DNA from: Candidatus Krumholzibacteriia bacterium | GTDB lineage: Bacteria; Krumholzibacteriota; Krumholzibacteriia; WVZY01 | DNA length: 64,000 bases | Reading direction: 5' to 3' | Assembly: GCA_046754105.1 (NCBI GenBank) | Contig: JBHHVD010000001.1 | Location: 32,001 to 96,000 of the forward strand | Shown here: in pieces, positions 49,966 through 59,216 of the stretch | Position numbering within the stretch: the stretch's first letter is position 1 | Layout of the letters: each line of letters starts with the position of its first letter | Translations under genes and position numbers: made by a program | Notes under the pieces: generated by a model | The model's input: only the letters and a program-made list of their open reading frames with translations | Told to the model about the DNA's origin: nothing | The model's database searches: none

Positions 49966-51615
49966 ATGAGGCTTCCACCAAGCATCCAGACGGCGATCTT
50001 CGCCCTGTGCCTGGCGCTGCCGGCCTGCGGTGGCGGGGACGAACAAGCCACGCCCGGCACGGCCGGCACCACGACGGAAGCGGCAACCCCGGGAGGTACC
50101 GTCATCCGGCACTTGCAGGCGGATTGCAAGACCCTAAACTGGGTCTTGTACACGACCGTATACGAGGATTACGTGCTGCGCTGCCTCTACGATAACCTCC
50201 TCGATTATGACGCGAAAATGGAGATACAGCCCGTGCTCGCGAAGAGCGTCAAGGTCAGCGATGACCACCTGCGCATCACCGTCGAGCTGCGCGACAGCCT
50301 TTTCTGGCACGACGGCGAGCCGATCACCTCCGAGGACGTCGCGTTTACAGTCGACAAGATACGAGACCCGGCCGTTCCGGCGGTGAACAAGGAGGGTTGG
50401 TTCAACAAACTCGATAAGGTCGAAGTGGTCGATGACAAGACGATCGTGTTCGTTTGGTCTGTACCGTATGCGCCCGCGCTCCACGCGCTGACGAAGCTCT
50501 CACCGATCCCCAAACATATCTACGGAAAGGGCGATTTCCTGACCAATCCGGCGAACCGGGCCCCGGTGGGCAGCGGAGCGTTCCGGTTCGAGGAGTGGCA
50601 AACGTCGCGGATGATCAGCGTGGTACGCAACGATAACTATTACCGCCGCAAGGCGTACCTCGACCGTATCATTTTTCGCGTGATTCCCGACCGATCAGTG
50701 GCGCTCAATGCCATGAAGACGGGCCAGCTCGACGAAATGCGTTTGCGGCAACAACAGTGGGAACAAGTGAGTGGGGACAAAGCGTTCGTCGACAAATTCA
50801 ACATGAACTACTACGACGTACCGCAGTACAACTATCTGTCCTGGAACTGTCGCGCGATCTGGTTCAAGGACAAGCGCGTTCGCAGGGCCCTGACAATGCT
50901 GTTCGACCGCGAGGAAATCATCGCCACCCTGTATTCGGGGTTCTCAAAACCGGTGAGCGGCCCGTTTTACATCAACTCGCCCGCCTACGATCATTCGGTA
51001 GCACCGTATCCCTACGACCCGCAGGCCGCGGTTCGGTTGCTGGAGGACGCCGGCTGGATCGATAACAACGGAGACGGCGTGCGTGAGAAGGATGACGTGA
51101 ACTTCGAGTTCGAGTTCTACGTTACTTCCGGAAGTCGTATCGGGCAGTCCTTCGCTCAGCTGCTGCAGGAGCAGTGTGAAAAGGCGGGCATCATTGTTAA
51201 GATTCGGCGTCTCGAGTCGGCGACGTTCTTCGACAAGGTGTTCAAAGGTGAATACGACGCCGCGGCTCTGGCCTGGCAGCTTGACATCGACCCGGATTTG
51301 TACGACACGTTCCACTCCACACAGGTCCCGCCGATCGGTTTGAACCATGCGTTTTATAACAACCCGGAGGTGGACACGCTGCTCGAGCGGGCACGGGTCG
51401 AATTCGACAAAGACAAACGCAACGAGCTATACCACCAGGTTCATCGGTTGATACACGAGGATTCGCCGTACACCTTTGTCAACTCCGTTCCCGAGAAACG
51501 TCCCGTCCATCATCGAATCGGCAACGTGGCTATTTCGCCCAGCGGGCCGTTTCGATTCTATCCCGGCGGCATTTACTGGTATGTCAAGAGTGATATGATG
51601 GAAGCGAGAAAATAA
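49966..51615 (+). CDS. Peptide/nickel ABC transporter substrate-binding lipoprotein (family 5)
   Basis: LPAC lipobox; LRDSLFWHDGEPITSEDV, PVGSGAF, DKRVRRAL. Confidence 0.93.
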   Translation: MRLPPSIQTAIFALCLALPACGGGDEQATPGTAGTTTEAATPGGTVIRHLQADCKTLNWVLYTTVYEDYVLRCLYDNLLDYDAKMEIQPVLAKSVKVSDDHLRITVELRDSLFWHDGEPITSEDVAFTVDKIRDPAVPAVNKEGWFNKLDKVEVVDDKTIVFVWSVPYAPALHALTKLSPIPKHIYGKGDFLTNPANRAPVGSGAFRFEEWQTSRMISVVRNDNYYRRKAYLDRIIFRVIPDRSVALNAMKTGQLDEMRLRQQQWEQVSGDKAFVDKFNMNYYDVPQYNYLSWNCRAIWFKDKRVRRALTMLFDREEIIATLYSGFSKPVSGPFYINSPAYDHSVAPYPYDPQAAVRLLEDAGWIDNNGDGVREKDDVNFEFEFYVTSGSRIGQSFAQLLQEQCEKAGIIVKIRRLESATFFDKVFKGEYDAAALAWQLDIDPDLYDTFHSTQVPPIGLNHAFYNNPEVDTLLERARVEFDKDKRNELYHQVHRLIHEDSPYTFVNSVPEKRPVHHRIGNVAISPSGPFRFYPGGIYWYVKSDMMEARK

Positions 51616-51631
51616 CCCATCACGTCCCGGT

Positions 51632-52609
51632 ATGCTGATCTATACCCTTCGCCGTCTGGCATATTTGTTTCCAACCCTTCTCGGCATCACCTTCATCACG
51701 TTTTTCATAATCTCACTGGCTCCGGGCAATCCGGTCGACGTGATGCAGGAAGGCACGATGAGTACCCGCATCTCGCCGGAGGCCTATCAGGAAATGCTCC
51801 GTCTCTACGGGCTGGACAAGCCCTTTCACACCCGGTACGTGGTGTGGCTCAAGCGGCTGCTCACGCTCGACTTTGGAAATTCGTTCCTGGATCACCGCCC
51901 AGTCATCACAAAGATAACCGAACGCCTGCCGGCGACGCTGCTGCTCGGCGGTGTATCGCTGCTGTTGGTGCTCGTACTGGCGATTCCGTTCGGGCTGTAC
52001 TCGGCGGTCCGGCAGCATTCCCGCTTCGATAAGATCGGCGGGACCGTGCTGTATATGCTCTACTCCCTTCCCGAATTCTGGGTGGCGCTTCTCTTGATTC
52101 TTTTCTTTGGAGTCAAGCTCGACGTTCTTCCCTTTATAGGCATCGAATCCCTCGGAGCCCGACACCTCGGGTTCTTCGCCTATTTGTGGGACCGCATTCT
52201 CCATATGATCCTGCCTACGATATGTTTGACATACGGGGCTTTGGCCTTTCTCTCGCGGTTTGTGCGGGGTTCCACCCTGGAGGTCATCCACCAGGACTAC
52301 ATTCGAACCGCGCGCGCCAAAGGCCTGGATGATCATCGAGTGGTCTACAAGCACGTTTTCAAGAACACACTGATTCCCCTGGTCACCCTGTTCGGCATCC
52401 TGCTGCCGACGCTGATCAGCGGCAGCGTCATCCTGGAATACATATTCAGTTGGCCCGGGATCGGAGCGTTGTTTTTCGATTCCGTAATGGCAAGGGACTA
52501 TCCGACGGTAATGGGTCTGAGCTTCGTTACATCGGTGCTCGTCTTGATGGGCACGCTGATCGCAGACCTGTTGTACACGTGGATCGATCCGCGGATTTCG
52601 TATGAGTGA
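51632..52609 (+). CDS. Peptide ABC transporter permease (OppB/DppB-like)
   Basis: YGLDKP, LDFGNS, DYIRTARAKGL, FSWPGIG, DPRI. Confidence 0.95.
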   Translation: MLIYTLRRLAYLFPTLLGITFITFFIISLAPGNPVDVMQEGTMSTRISPEAYQEMLRLYGLDKPFHTRYVVWLKRLLTLDFGNSFLDHRPVITKITERLPATLLLGGVSLLLVLVLAIPFGLYSAVRQHSRFDKIGGTVLYMLYSLPEFWVALLLILFFGVKLDVLPFIGIESLGARHLGFFAYLWDRILHMILPTICLTYGALAFLSRFVRGSTLEVIHQDYIRTARAKGLDDHRVVYKHVFKNTLIPLVTLFGILLPTLISGSVILEYIFSWPGIGALFFDSVMARDYPTVMGLSFVTSVLVLMGTLIADLLYTWIDPRISYE

Positions 52610-53669
52610 TCGCCTGGAGACAACCGGCGGCGTGGACGGCGCCACCGACAAGAGTGCGGGCCTGGCCGGCATCCTTTGGCAGAGGCTCCGGCGCGACCGG
52701 TTCGCCATGACCGGTCTCTATATCGTTCTCTTGCTTTGCGCCGTCTCCTACCTGGCACCCACCCTGGCGAACGACAAGCCGTTGATAATGAGATACGAGG
52801 GGCGACTCTATTTCCCCGCGGTGGCGGAGCTGTTTCCGCTGAACAAGATCCTCCGCTACCCGGAATTGAGAGGTGTTGATTACGACAATTTGCGCGACGA
52901 CCCGGCGATCGCTATCCTGAACCCCCCCGTGCCCTACTCGCCCTACGAAACCTCGCTCTCGGAACGATTCCAGGCGCCGAGCCGCCGGCACTGGATGGGC
53001 ACCGACGATCTGGGCCGTGACGTGTCCAGCCGCATGATCCACGGCGCTTCCGTCTCACTGCTGGTGGGCTTTGTAGCGGTAGGGATCGCGCTCTTCATCG
53101 GCCTGCTCGCCGGCGCCCTGGCCGGGTTTTACGGCGGCATGGTAGACATCGTCGTTTCGAGAATAATTGAAGTCGTGATGTGTTTCCCGTCGTTCTTCCT
53201 CATCCTGGCGGTTATCGCGTTTCTGCCGCCGAGCATTTACAACATCATGGTGGTTATCGGAATCACTCGCTGGACGGCGATTGCTCGTTATACGAGGGGG
53301 GAGTTTCTACGCCTCAAGAAACAGGACTTCGCGTACGCGGCGAGGGCACTGGGGGCCAGCGATCGCAAGATCATCTTTCGTCACATCCTGCCCAACTCGC
53401 TGGCGCCGATACTCGTATCGGCCACGTTCGGCATAGCGAACGCGATCCTGATAGAAGCGGCGTTGAGCTTTCTGGGCTTTGGCGTACAACCCCCGGCGGC
53501 GAGTTGGGGAGGCATTCTATCGCTGGCCCGCGAGTACATCGAAGTGGCGTGGTGGCTGGCTACGATCCCCGGTCTCGCGATCTTTGTCACGGTAACGGGC
53601 TACAACATTCTCGGCGAGGGGTTGCGGGACGCGAGCGACCCCCGTCAGACGCTCACCGAGAGCCGCTAG
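52602..53669 (+). CDS. Peptide ABC transporter permease (OppC/DppC-like)
   Basis: HWMGTDDLGRD, ARALGAS, HILPN, LSFLGFG, GEGLRDA. Confidence 0.95.
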   Translation: MSDRLETTGGVDGATDKSAGLAGILWQRLRRDRFAMTGLYIVLLLCAVSYLAPTLANDKPLIMRYEGRLYFPAVAELFPLNKILRYPELRGVDYDNLRDDPAIAILNPPVPYSPYETSLSERFQAPSRRHWMGTDDLGRDVSSRMIHGASVSLLVGFVAVGIALFIGLLAGALAGFYGGMVDIVVSRIIEVVMCFPSFFLILAVIAFLPPSIYNIMVVIGITRWTAIARYTRGEFLRLKKQDFAYAARALGASDRKIIFRHILPNSLAPILVSATFGIANAILIEAALSFLGFGVQPPAASWGGILSLAREYIEVAWWLATIPGLAIFVTVTGYNILGEGLRDASDPRQTLTESR

Positions 53670-53679
53670 GGCTCGGTGA
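53653..53679. terminator. Hairpin at the junction of the convergent permease and mutM genes
   Basis: TCACCGAG ... CTCGGTGA inverted repeat spanning the permease stop codon. Confidence 0.4.
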
Positions 53680-53684
53680 ACGGA

Positions 53685-54491
53685 CTAGCGCTGGCACACG
53701 GGGCAGAAATGCGTGCCGCGCCCGGCGAGCACGATCCTCTCTATTGCGTTGCCGCATTCGAGGCAAGCGTCGCCCTCGCGCCCGTAGACGGCATGGAAAT
53801 GCTGGAAGCTACCGCTGGCGCCGTCCGCGCCGCGATAGTCCCGAATCGTCGATCCCCCACGCGCGATGGCCCGCCCGAGAACCGAGCGCGCCCGTGCCAG
53901 GAGCCGCGCCGACTTCGCGGCGACTCCGCGCCCCGGCGTGCGCGGGTCGATCCCCGAGTAGAACAGGAGTTCGTCCGCGTAGATGTTGCCGATCCCGGAC
54001 AGTATCCCCTGGTCCAGCAGGAGTGCCTTGATCGGCGCTCGGCGATTCCGGAGACGATTGCCGAGATATCGTGCCGTCGCGACGAACGGGTCCGGTCCGA
54101 TGTTAAGGTCGCTGGTGAAGTCGCACCGCTCCGCGATGAAGATGTGGCCGAAACGTCTGGGATCGTAGAATCGCAACTCTTCCCCGTTGTCCAGATAGAA
54201 ACGCCCGTGCAGGTGTCTTCGCCCGGAGCCGTTTTCGTCGCGCGACTGCACGCACAAGCGTCCCGTCATTCCCAGGTTGATCACCACGAGGCCCGATGGG
54301 CCAAGCCTCAGCAGCGCGTTCTTGCCGATTCGTTCCACCGAATCGACACTGCGGCCGGCGAGCCACGGCATGCGCAGACTCCCCCGCCGGTACAAACTCC
54401 TGTGCCGAAGGCGTGCCCGCACGATACGGCGGTCGAGGAGCCGGGGGCGGAGTACGCGTACAATCGTTTCCAGTTCGGGTAGCTCGGGCAT
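53685..54491 (-). CDS. mutM: Formamidopyrimidine-DNA glycosylase
   Basis: N-terminal PELPE, LGMTG, DPRRFG, GIGNIYADE, CxxC..FCPVCQ zinc finger. Confidence 0.96.
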   Translation of the reverse strand: MPELPELETIVRVLRPRLLDRRIVRARLRHRSLYRRGSLRMPWLAGRSVDSVERIGKNALLRLGPSGLVVINLGMTGRLCVQSRDENGSGRRHLHGRFYLDNGEELRFYDPRRFGHIFIAERCDFTSDLNIGPDPFVATARYLGNRLRNRRAPIKALLLDQGILSGIGNIYADELLFYSGIDPRTPGRGVAAKSARLLARARSVLGRAIARGGSTIRDYRGADGASGSFQHFHAVYGREGDACLECGNAIERIVLAGRGTHFCPVCQR

Positions 54492-54648
54492 TTCTTCACC
54501 TGCGCCCGCGGCGCATACCATTACGGATTCCATGGCCTGAACCGTCGCGACATCCGACGGCGGCACGCGTCGAATTCGTTTCCGCAGCGGCGGCCCATCC
54601 ATTATACTGTCATTCAGACCCAACTCCAAACACGGCCGGAGGAACCCA

Positions 54649-56424
54649 TTGCGCAGCGACCGCAGCATCTCCACAATCGTCCACGACCAGATCCTGCCCA
54701 TGGTCAAGACCCCGGGACAGTACGCGGGCGGCGAACGCAATATCGTGGTCAAGGACCACGCAGCGGTGGACCTGAAAGTGGCACTGGCCTTTCCGGACAC
54801 CTACACGATCGGCATGTCACATCTGGGGTTGCAGATCCTCTATCACATGTTGAACGAGCGCGAGGACACGGCGGCGGAGCGCGTGTTCGCTCCCTGGATC
54901 GACATGGAAGACCAGCTGCGCCGCCGCGAGATCCCGCTGCATACGCTCGAGACGTGCACGCCGCTCTCGGAGTTCGACGTCATCGGGTTCTCGATGCAGT
55001 ACGAGTTGTGTTTCACGAACTTCATGAACATGCTCGAGCTCGGTGGTATCCCGGTATGGACGGAGGACCGCTCGAGTGGCGACCCGGTGGTTCTGGGCGG
55101 AGGATCCATCAGCCTGGCTATGGAGCCGGTGGCTCCATTCTTCGACGCCGTCCTGGTGGGGGACGCCGAGGACGTACTCCATCCCACGATGGATGTGATC
55201 AAGGAGTGGAGGCGAAGCGGCCTGCCCCGACGCTCCCTTCATGAAGCCCTGTGCCGGATCCCCGGCATGTACGTCCCGTCGCTCTACGATGTTTCCTACA
55301 ACGAAGACGGTACCGTGCGCGGCATTGAAAACATTCCACCCGCGCCGCCGTACGTCGCCAAGACCTCTGTCCGCGATTTCGAGAACGCGCCCTACCCGAC
55401 CAGACCGGTGGTGCCGAACGTGTCCGTGGTCCACGAACGCATCAACGTCGAGATCATGCGCGGGTGTCCCAACCAGTGCCGTTTCTGCCAGGCGGTCAAG
55501 CACTACCGGCCGCTCAAGCGCCGCACCACGGACCGGATAATCGAGCTATGCGAGGAAACGTACCGCAACACCGGCTACGACGAAATCTCCCTGACCAGCT
55601 TGTCGACCGCGGACTATCCGGGCATCGAAGAACTGATCCCGGCGATCACGAGGCGTTTCGACGCCCGCAGGGTGAACATCTCGCTGCCCTCCCTCCGTGT
55701 AAAGGGAGAGCTGGAGCACCTCCCCGGCCTGGTCAGTACCGTTCGCAAGTCCGGCCTGACCATGGCTCCGGAAGTGGCAACGGACCGCCTGCGCGAAATC
55801 ATCCGCAAGCCGATTCTCAACCGCGACTTGCTAGGCGGCTCCGCGGCCGCCTGGAGGGTGGGCTATCGCCTTATCAAGTTTTACTTCATGATCGGCGTGC
55901 CCACGGAGACCCGGGAAGACCTCAAGGGCATCATCGATCTTTGCGACGAGGCAAGTCGTCTGCGCAAGAAGCAGTTTCGCCGCCGTGGACGGATCAACGT
56001 GGCGATGTCCTCCCACATCCCCAAACCCCACACCCCGTTCCAGTGGGAGGCCATGGACACAACAGAGGAGCTCCTGGCAAAGCAGGCCTACATCCGGTCG
56101 TGCAGCAGATCCTCGTATTTGAAGCTGAAGTTTCACAATGTCGACGAGAGCTATCTCGAGGCCGTATTTTCGAGAGGCGACCGGCGGCTGGCGGACGTGT
56201 TGATCAAGGGCCGGGAACGCGGGTTGCGGATGGACGCATGGGGCGAATGCTTTGACATGCGCGCGTGGCGCGAGGTGTTCGAGGAGGCACGGGTCGACCC
56301 CGATTGGTACGCGCGGCGCACGCGCGGCGACGACGAAATCCTGCCGTGGGACCTCATCGCGGTGGGCACGCCCACGGAGTACCTGGTCAAGGAGCAGCGG
56401 CGAGCGCGCGCCGCGATGGCGTAG
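54649..56424 (+). CDS. B12-binding radical SAM protein (TIGR03960-like family)
   Basis: YAGGE, AFPDTYTIGMSHLG, RGCPNQCRFCQA, SLPSLR, PKPHTPFQW, LPWD. Confidence 0.9.
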   Translation: MRSDRSISTIVHDQILPMVKTPGQYAGGERNIVVKDHAAVDLKVALAFPDTYTIGMSHLGLQILYHMLNEREDTAAERVFAPWIDMEDQLRRREIPLHTLETCTPLSEFDVIGFSMQYELCFTNFMNMLELGGIPVWTEDRSSGDPVVLGGGSISLAMEPVAPFFDAVLVGDAEDVLHPTMDVIKEWRRSGLPRRSLHEALCRIPGMYVPSLYDVSYNEDGTVRGIENIPPAPPYVAKTSVRDFENAPYPTRPVVPNVSVVHERINVEIMRGCPNQCRFCQAVKHYRPLKRRTTDRIIELCEETYRNTGYDEISLTSLSTADYPGIEELIPAITRRFDARRVNISLPSLRVKGELEHLPGLVSTVRKSGLTMAPEVATDRLREIIRKPILNRDLLGGSAAAWRVGYRLIKFYFMIGVPTETREDLKGIIDLCDEASRLRKKQFRRRGRINVAMSSHIPKPHTPFQWEAMDTTEELLAKQAYIRSCSRSSYLKLKFHNVDESYLEAVFSRGDRRLADVLIKGRERGLRMDAWGECFDMRAWREVFEEARVDPDWYARRTRGDDEILPWDLIAVGTPTEYLVKEQRRARAAMA

Positions 56425-56459
56425 GTGTTGACGCTCGGCGGGACACGAAAGGAGTTCGC

Positions 56460-56927
56460 GTGCCGAAAAACCTCTTGTTGAAACTCTATAGTTACACTTA
56501 TCAGGTGGCATGCGCCAACGTTGACGGTGTCTCCAACGCCGAGAGCCTCGTGCAGCCCGAGAAACACGGCAACTGCCTGAACTGGGTCATGGGGCATATC
56601 GTCGCCTACCGCAACGAGGTACTCAAGGTCCTCGGGGAAGAACCGGTGATGAGCGAAACGGATGTCGAACGTTACAAACGAGGATCGGAACCCATCACCT
56701 GCGAGGGATCGAGCACGCCCCTCGACCGGCTGCTGGACGACTTCGACACCTCCCAGGAGCGCCTGAACCGCGCGCTCGAGAACATCTCGGAGGAGACCCT
56801 GAACCGCAAGATGGGCGAGGAGACCGTCGCGTCCGCACTCGGCGGCCTGCAGTTCCACGAGGCGTACCACGTGGGGCAGTTGGGTGTTCTGCGCCGCATC
56901 GTGGGCAAGTCCGGCGCCATAACGTAG
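56460..56927 (+). CDS. DinB superfamily protein
   Basis: GTG start after AAGGAG; NCLNWVMGHI, FHEAYHVGQ. Confidence 0.88.
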   Translation: MPKNLLLKLYSYTYQVACANVDGVSNAESLVQPEKHGNCLNWVMGHIVAYRNEVLKVLGEEPVMSETDVERYKRGSEPITCEGSSTPLDRLLDDFDTSQERLNRALENISEETLNRKMGEETVASALGGLQFHEAYHVGQLGVLRRIVGKSGAIT

Positions 56928-56957
56928 TCGCGAGCGGGGACCGGCTGCCGCAAAACA

Positions 56958-56988
56958 AATGGGGAAGCCTGCGAGAGGCTTCCCCATT
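56958..56988. terminator. Bidirectional rho-independent terminator
   Basis: 13-bp perfect stem AATGGGGAAGCCT/AGGCTTCCCCATT between convergent genes, flanked by A-rich and T-rich tracts. Confidence 0.85.
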
Positions 56989-57020
56989 GTTGTCGTGGAG
57001 CCGGCGTGTCGAGTTGGAAA

Positions 57021-57644
57021 TCAGCTGCGCGTGTACACAATCTCCATTTGTTTGAACTCGTTGCCGCCGTCTCCGATTACGTACCACTCGAAAGTGTGCT
57101 TGTTCTCGTCGATGATATTGTTGACGAACCGGACCTTCATCTGGTTGCCAAGAGGGCCGGTAACCGTGGCGTAGTGGGTTTCCGTCTTGCAGTGGTTCTC
57201 ACAATCGCCCTCGGTGTAGAGCATCTGGGTGCCCATATTGTCGAGCCAAAGGCTCGTATGCTTCTTGGTGACCTTGTCGTAGCCGACCATGCCCACGCCT
57301 TTGAACGGCATGCCCATCATCTCACTCGACATGTGCGACATGACGAACCGGCCGCCCAGGATCATCTCGGCAGCCGCGGTTCCCTCCGAGACCGTGGCCT
57401 CGGCACCCGGGCGTTCCCACATCATGATCTTGGCGTTCCATTTGCCAACGAGATTCTTCAGCTGCTTGTGGTGGCTGCCGGGAGAAATGGCTTCCTGGTA
57501 GGCGGCCATCTGCTCGGCGCTGTATTCGTGACTGTGCCCGGCTTCCTTCTTGTCCTTGTCCTTGCCGGCGTGCGACACGTTCACGGCCAGTCCGGCGGCG
57601 ATGACCACAGCTGCCAGCGTCGAAAACAAACGTAACGATTTCAT
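57021..57644 (-). CDS. Secreted DUF1579-like protein
   Basis: Signal peptide; HKQLKNLVGKW, LGGRF, GMVGYD, WLDNMGT, MEIVYTR. Confidence 0.8.
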   Translation of the reverse strand: MKSLRLFSTLAAVVIAAGLAVNVSHAGKDKDKKEAGHSHEYSAEQMAAYQEAISPGSHHKQLKNLVGKWNAKIMMWERPGAEATVSEGTAAAEMILGGRFVMSHMSSEMMGMPFKGVGMVGYDKVTKKHTSLWLDNMGTQMLYTEGDCENHCKTETHYATVTGPLGNQMKVRFVNNIIDENKHTFEWYVIGDGGNEFKQMEIVYTRS

Positions 57645-58002
57645 CTTCTGACTCCTTTCGATCCCCTAACTAACGTACGGCTCGCCCATCCCCGGGGGGG
57701 GCGAACCGCCAACCCCGGCATGGTTCGGGTGCAATCCATCCACTCCCGCCACGACTGGATTATGGACGATGGGGTGATTCTGCTATCCGAAGTTGAGAAC
57801 ACCTGCGCACGGTTCCCCCGAAAATTAGCACTTCGACCTGCGCCGGGCAACCTCAAAAAGAGGAGTCCCGGACGACGGGCGTCCCGGCCATCGCCGCTGT
57901 CCGGTGCGCGCCCCGGCGCTCGTTGCGAGGCGGCCGCAATTCGGCAGCGACTCCGTGGTTTAAGGTGTTATTCAGAAGCTTCTTGGGGCATAATGGGGTC
58001 GA

Positions 58003-58806
58003 ATGATCTTTCGCAAGACAGATGATGCCCCTGCTGGCCAGTCCACACCGGAGGTGCCGCCTGCGCCGGGTCGTGCCGGTCGGGCTCGGACCCTCCTGGA
58101 GACGAGCGGCAACGCAATGGTGGTGTTGACCATTTTGAGCGTAATCGTATCGACGGCCGTCGGGTTTAAATGGCTCTCCCCATTCTTGCACGTGGCCGCC
58201 GTGTTTCCCTCGTTCGGCGCAGCGATGAGAGCCCGCCGACACCGCCTGGCCCTGGCGTTGGCGGTGCGATGGGCGGTCGCTGTGTTCGCCACAACGGTCG
58301 TCGTCGGCGTTTTCGTGCCCGACCAGGTGGGCAGGAGCGTTGTCTTCGCGTACGCGAGCGTTACGGGTATTTCCCAATGGCTCAACACGCCCGGAGCCCC
58401 GCCGCCGGCGGACTACGCCTACCTCCTGTGGGGTATCGCCGTTTTTCTCGCCGGCGCGCTTCTCAGCGGGGGCGCGGTCGCGTTCGTCGTGGCTTCGGTC
58501 GCACTGGGAAATGCCGCTTTTGGAGTTCTGTTTCTTCTCAAGTACGCGTTCAACATCGTTCAAATCGCGCTCGTCGCCATCCCACCCTGGCAGGCGAGCA
58601 TCCTGGGAGCCGCCCTGCTCATGCTCGTCCCGGCATCGTTGCCGTTCTACGAGCGGGTCGTACGGACCGGGCCGGAGACCTCGGACCGGAGGGTAGTGCG
58701 CGGATTGATGTACGCGGGCGCCGTCCTCGTGGTGGCCAGCCTGCTGCTGAGGGTCGCAGTGGCAGGTCCCTGGCACACCGTGCTCCGCGAATGGACGCTT
58801 TTCTAA
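58003..58806 (+). CDS. Hypothetical multi-pass membrane protein
   Basis: About 7 hydrophobic segments; fills the gap between neighbours; start uncertain. Confidence 0.7.
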   Translation: MIFRKTDDAPAGQSTPEVPPAPGRAGRARTLLETSGNAMVVLTILSVIVSTAVGFKWLSPFLHVAAVFPSFGAAMRARRHRLALALAVRWAVAVFATTVVVGVFVPDQVGRSVVFAYASVTGISQWLNTPGAPPPADYAYLLWGIAVFLAGALLSGGAVAFVVASVALGNAAFGVLFLLKYAFNIVQIALVAIPPWQASILGAALLMLVPASLPFYERVVRTGPETSDRRVVRGLMYAGAVLVVASLLLRVAVAGPWHTVLREWTLF

Positions 58807-59216
58807 TCCGGCCGTCTCCACACGGTGATCGATGCGCGACTGTCGTGGTTCGACTGCGCCCGCCACGGCAAGAGCACCTACAACATACCGGCCTCACGAC
58901 CGCCCCCCTACCATATATGGCGTACCGCGATCTGCGCCGTCGGATTGCCGGTCTCATAACCTGTTATTAATGAATTTATTGCCGGGGCCGGATTGCCGAT
59001 GGTGCAATTGTCCTGATTCTTGCTAGTGTGCTGTCCCGGTGGGGCCGTGCCCCCTTGGCAGGTGGCGCGCCGATCGGCCCCTCCGGCAGGCCAGTTAGGG
59101 CTGGGGCGCCCGGAGTCATCGGCGACGGGGGCTGTACCTGCACAGGTCCGGCAGGGGAACGGCTTCCCGGACCGGACGCCGGGGATTTCCACCCGCCAAG
59201 GTGCCAGGAGCGACGT

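Noticed and set aside
59143..59163. CAGGTCCGGCAGGGGAACGGC resembling SRP RNA helix 8
   Set aside because: The conserved AGCA side of the internal loop is absent and flanking pairing does not fit SRP
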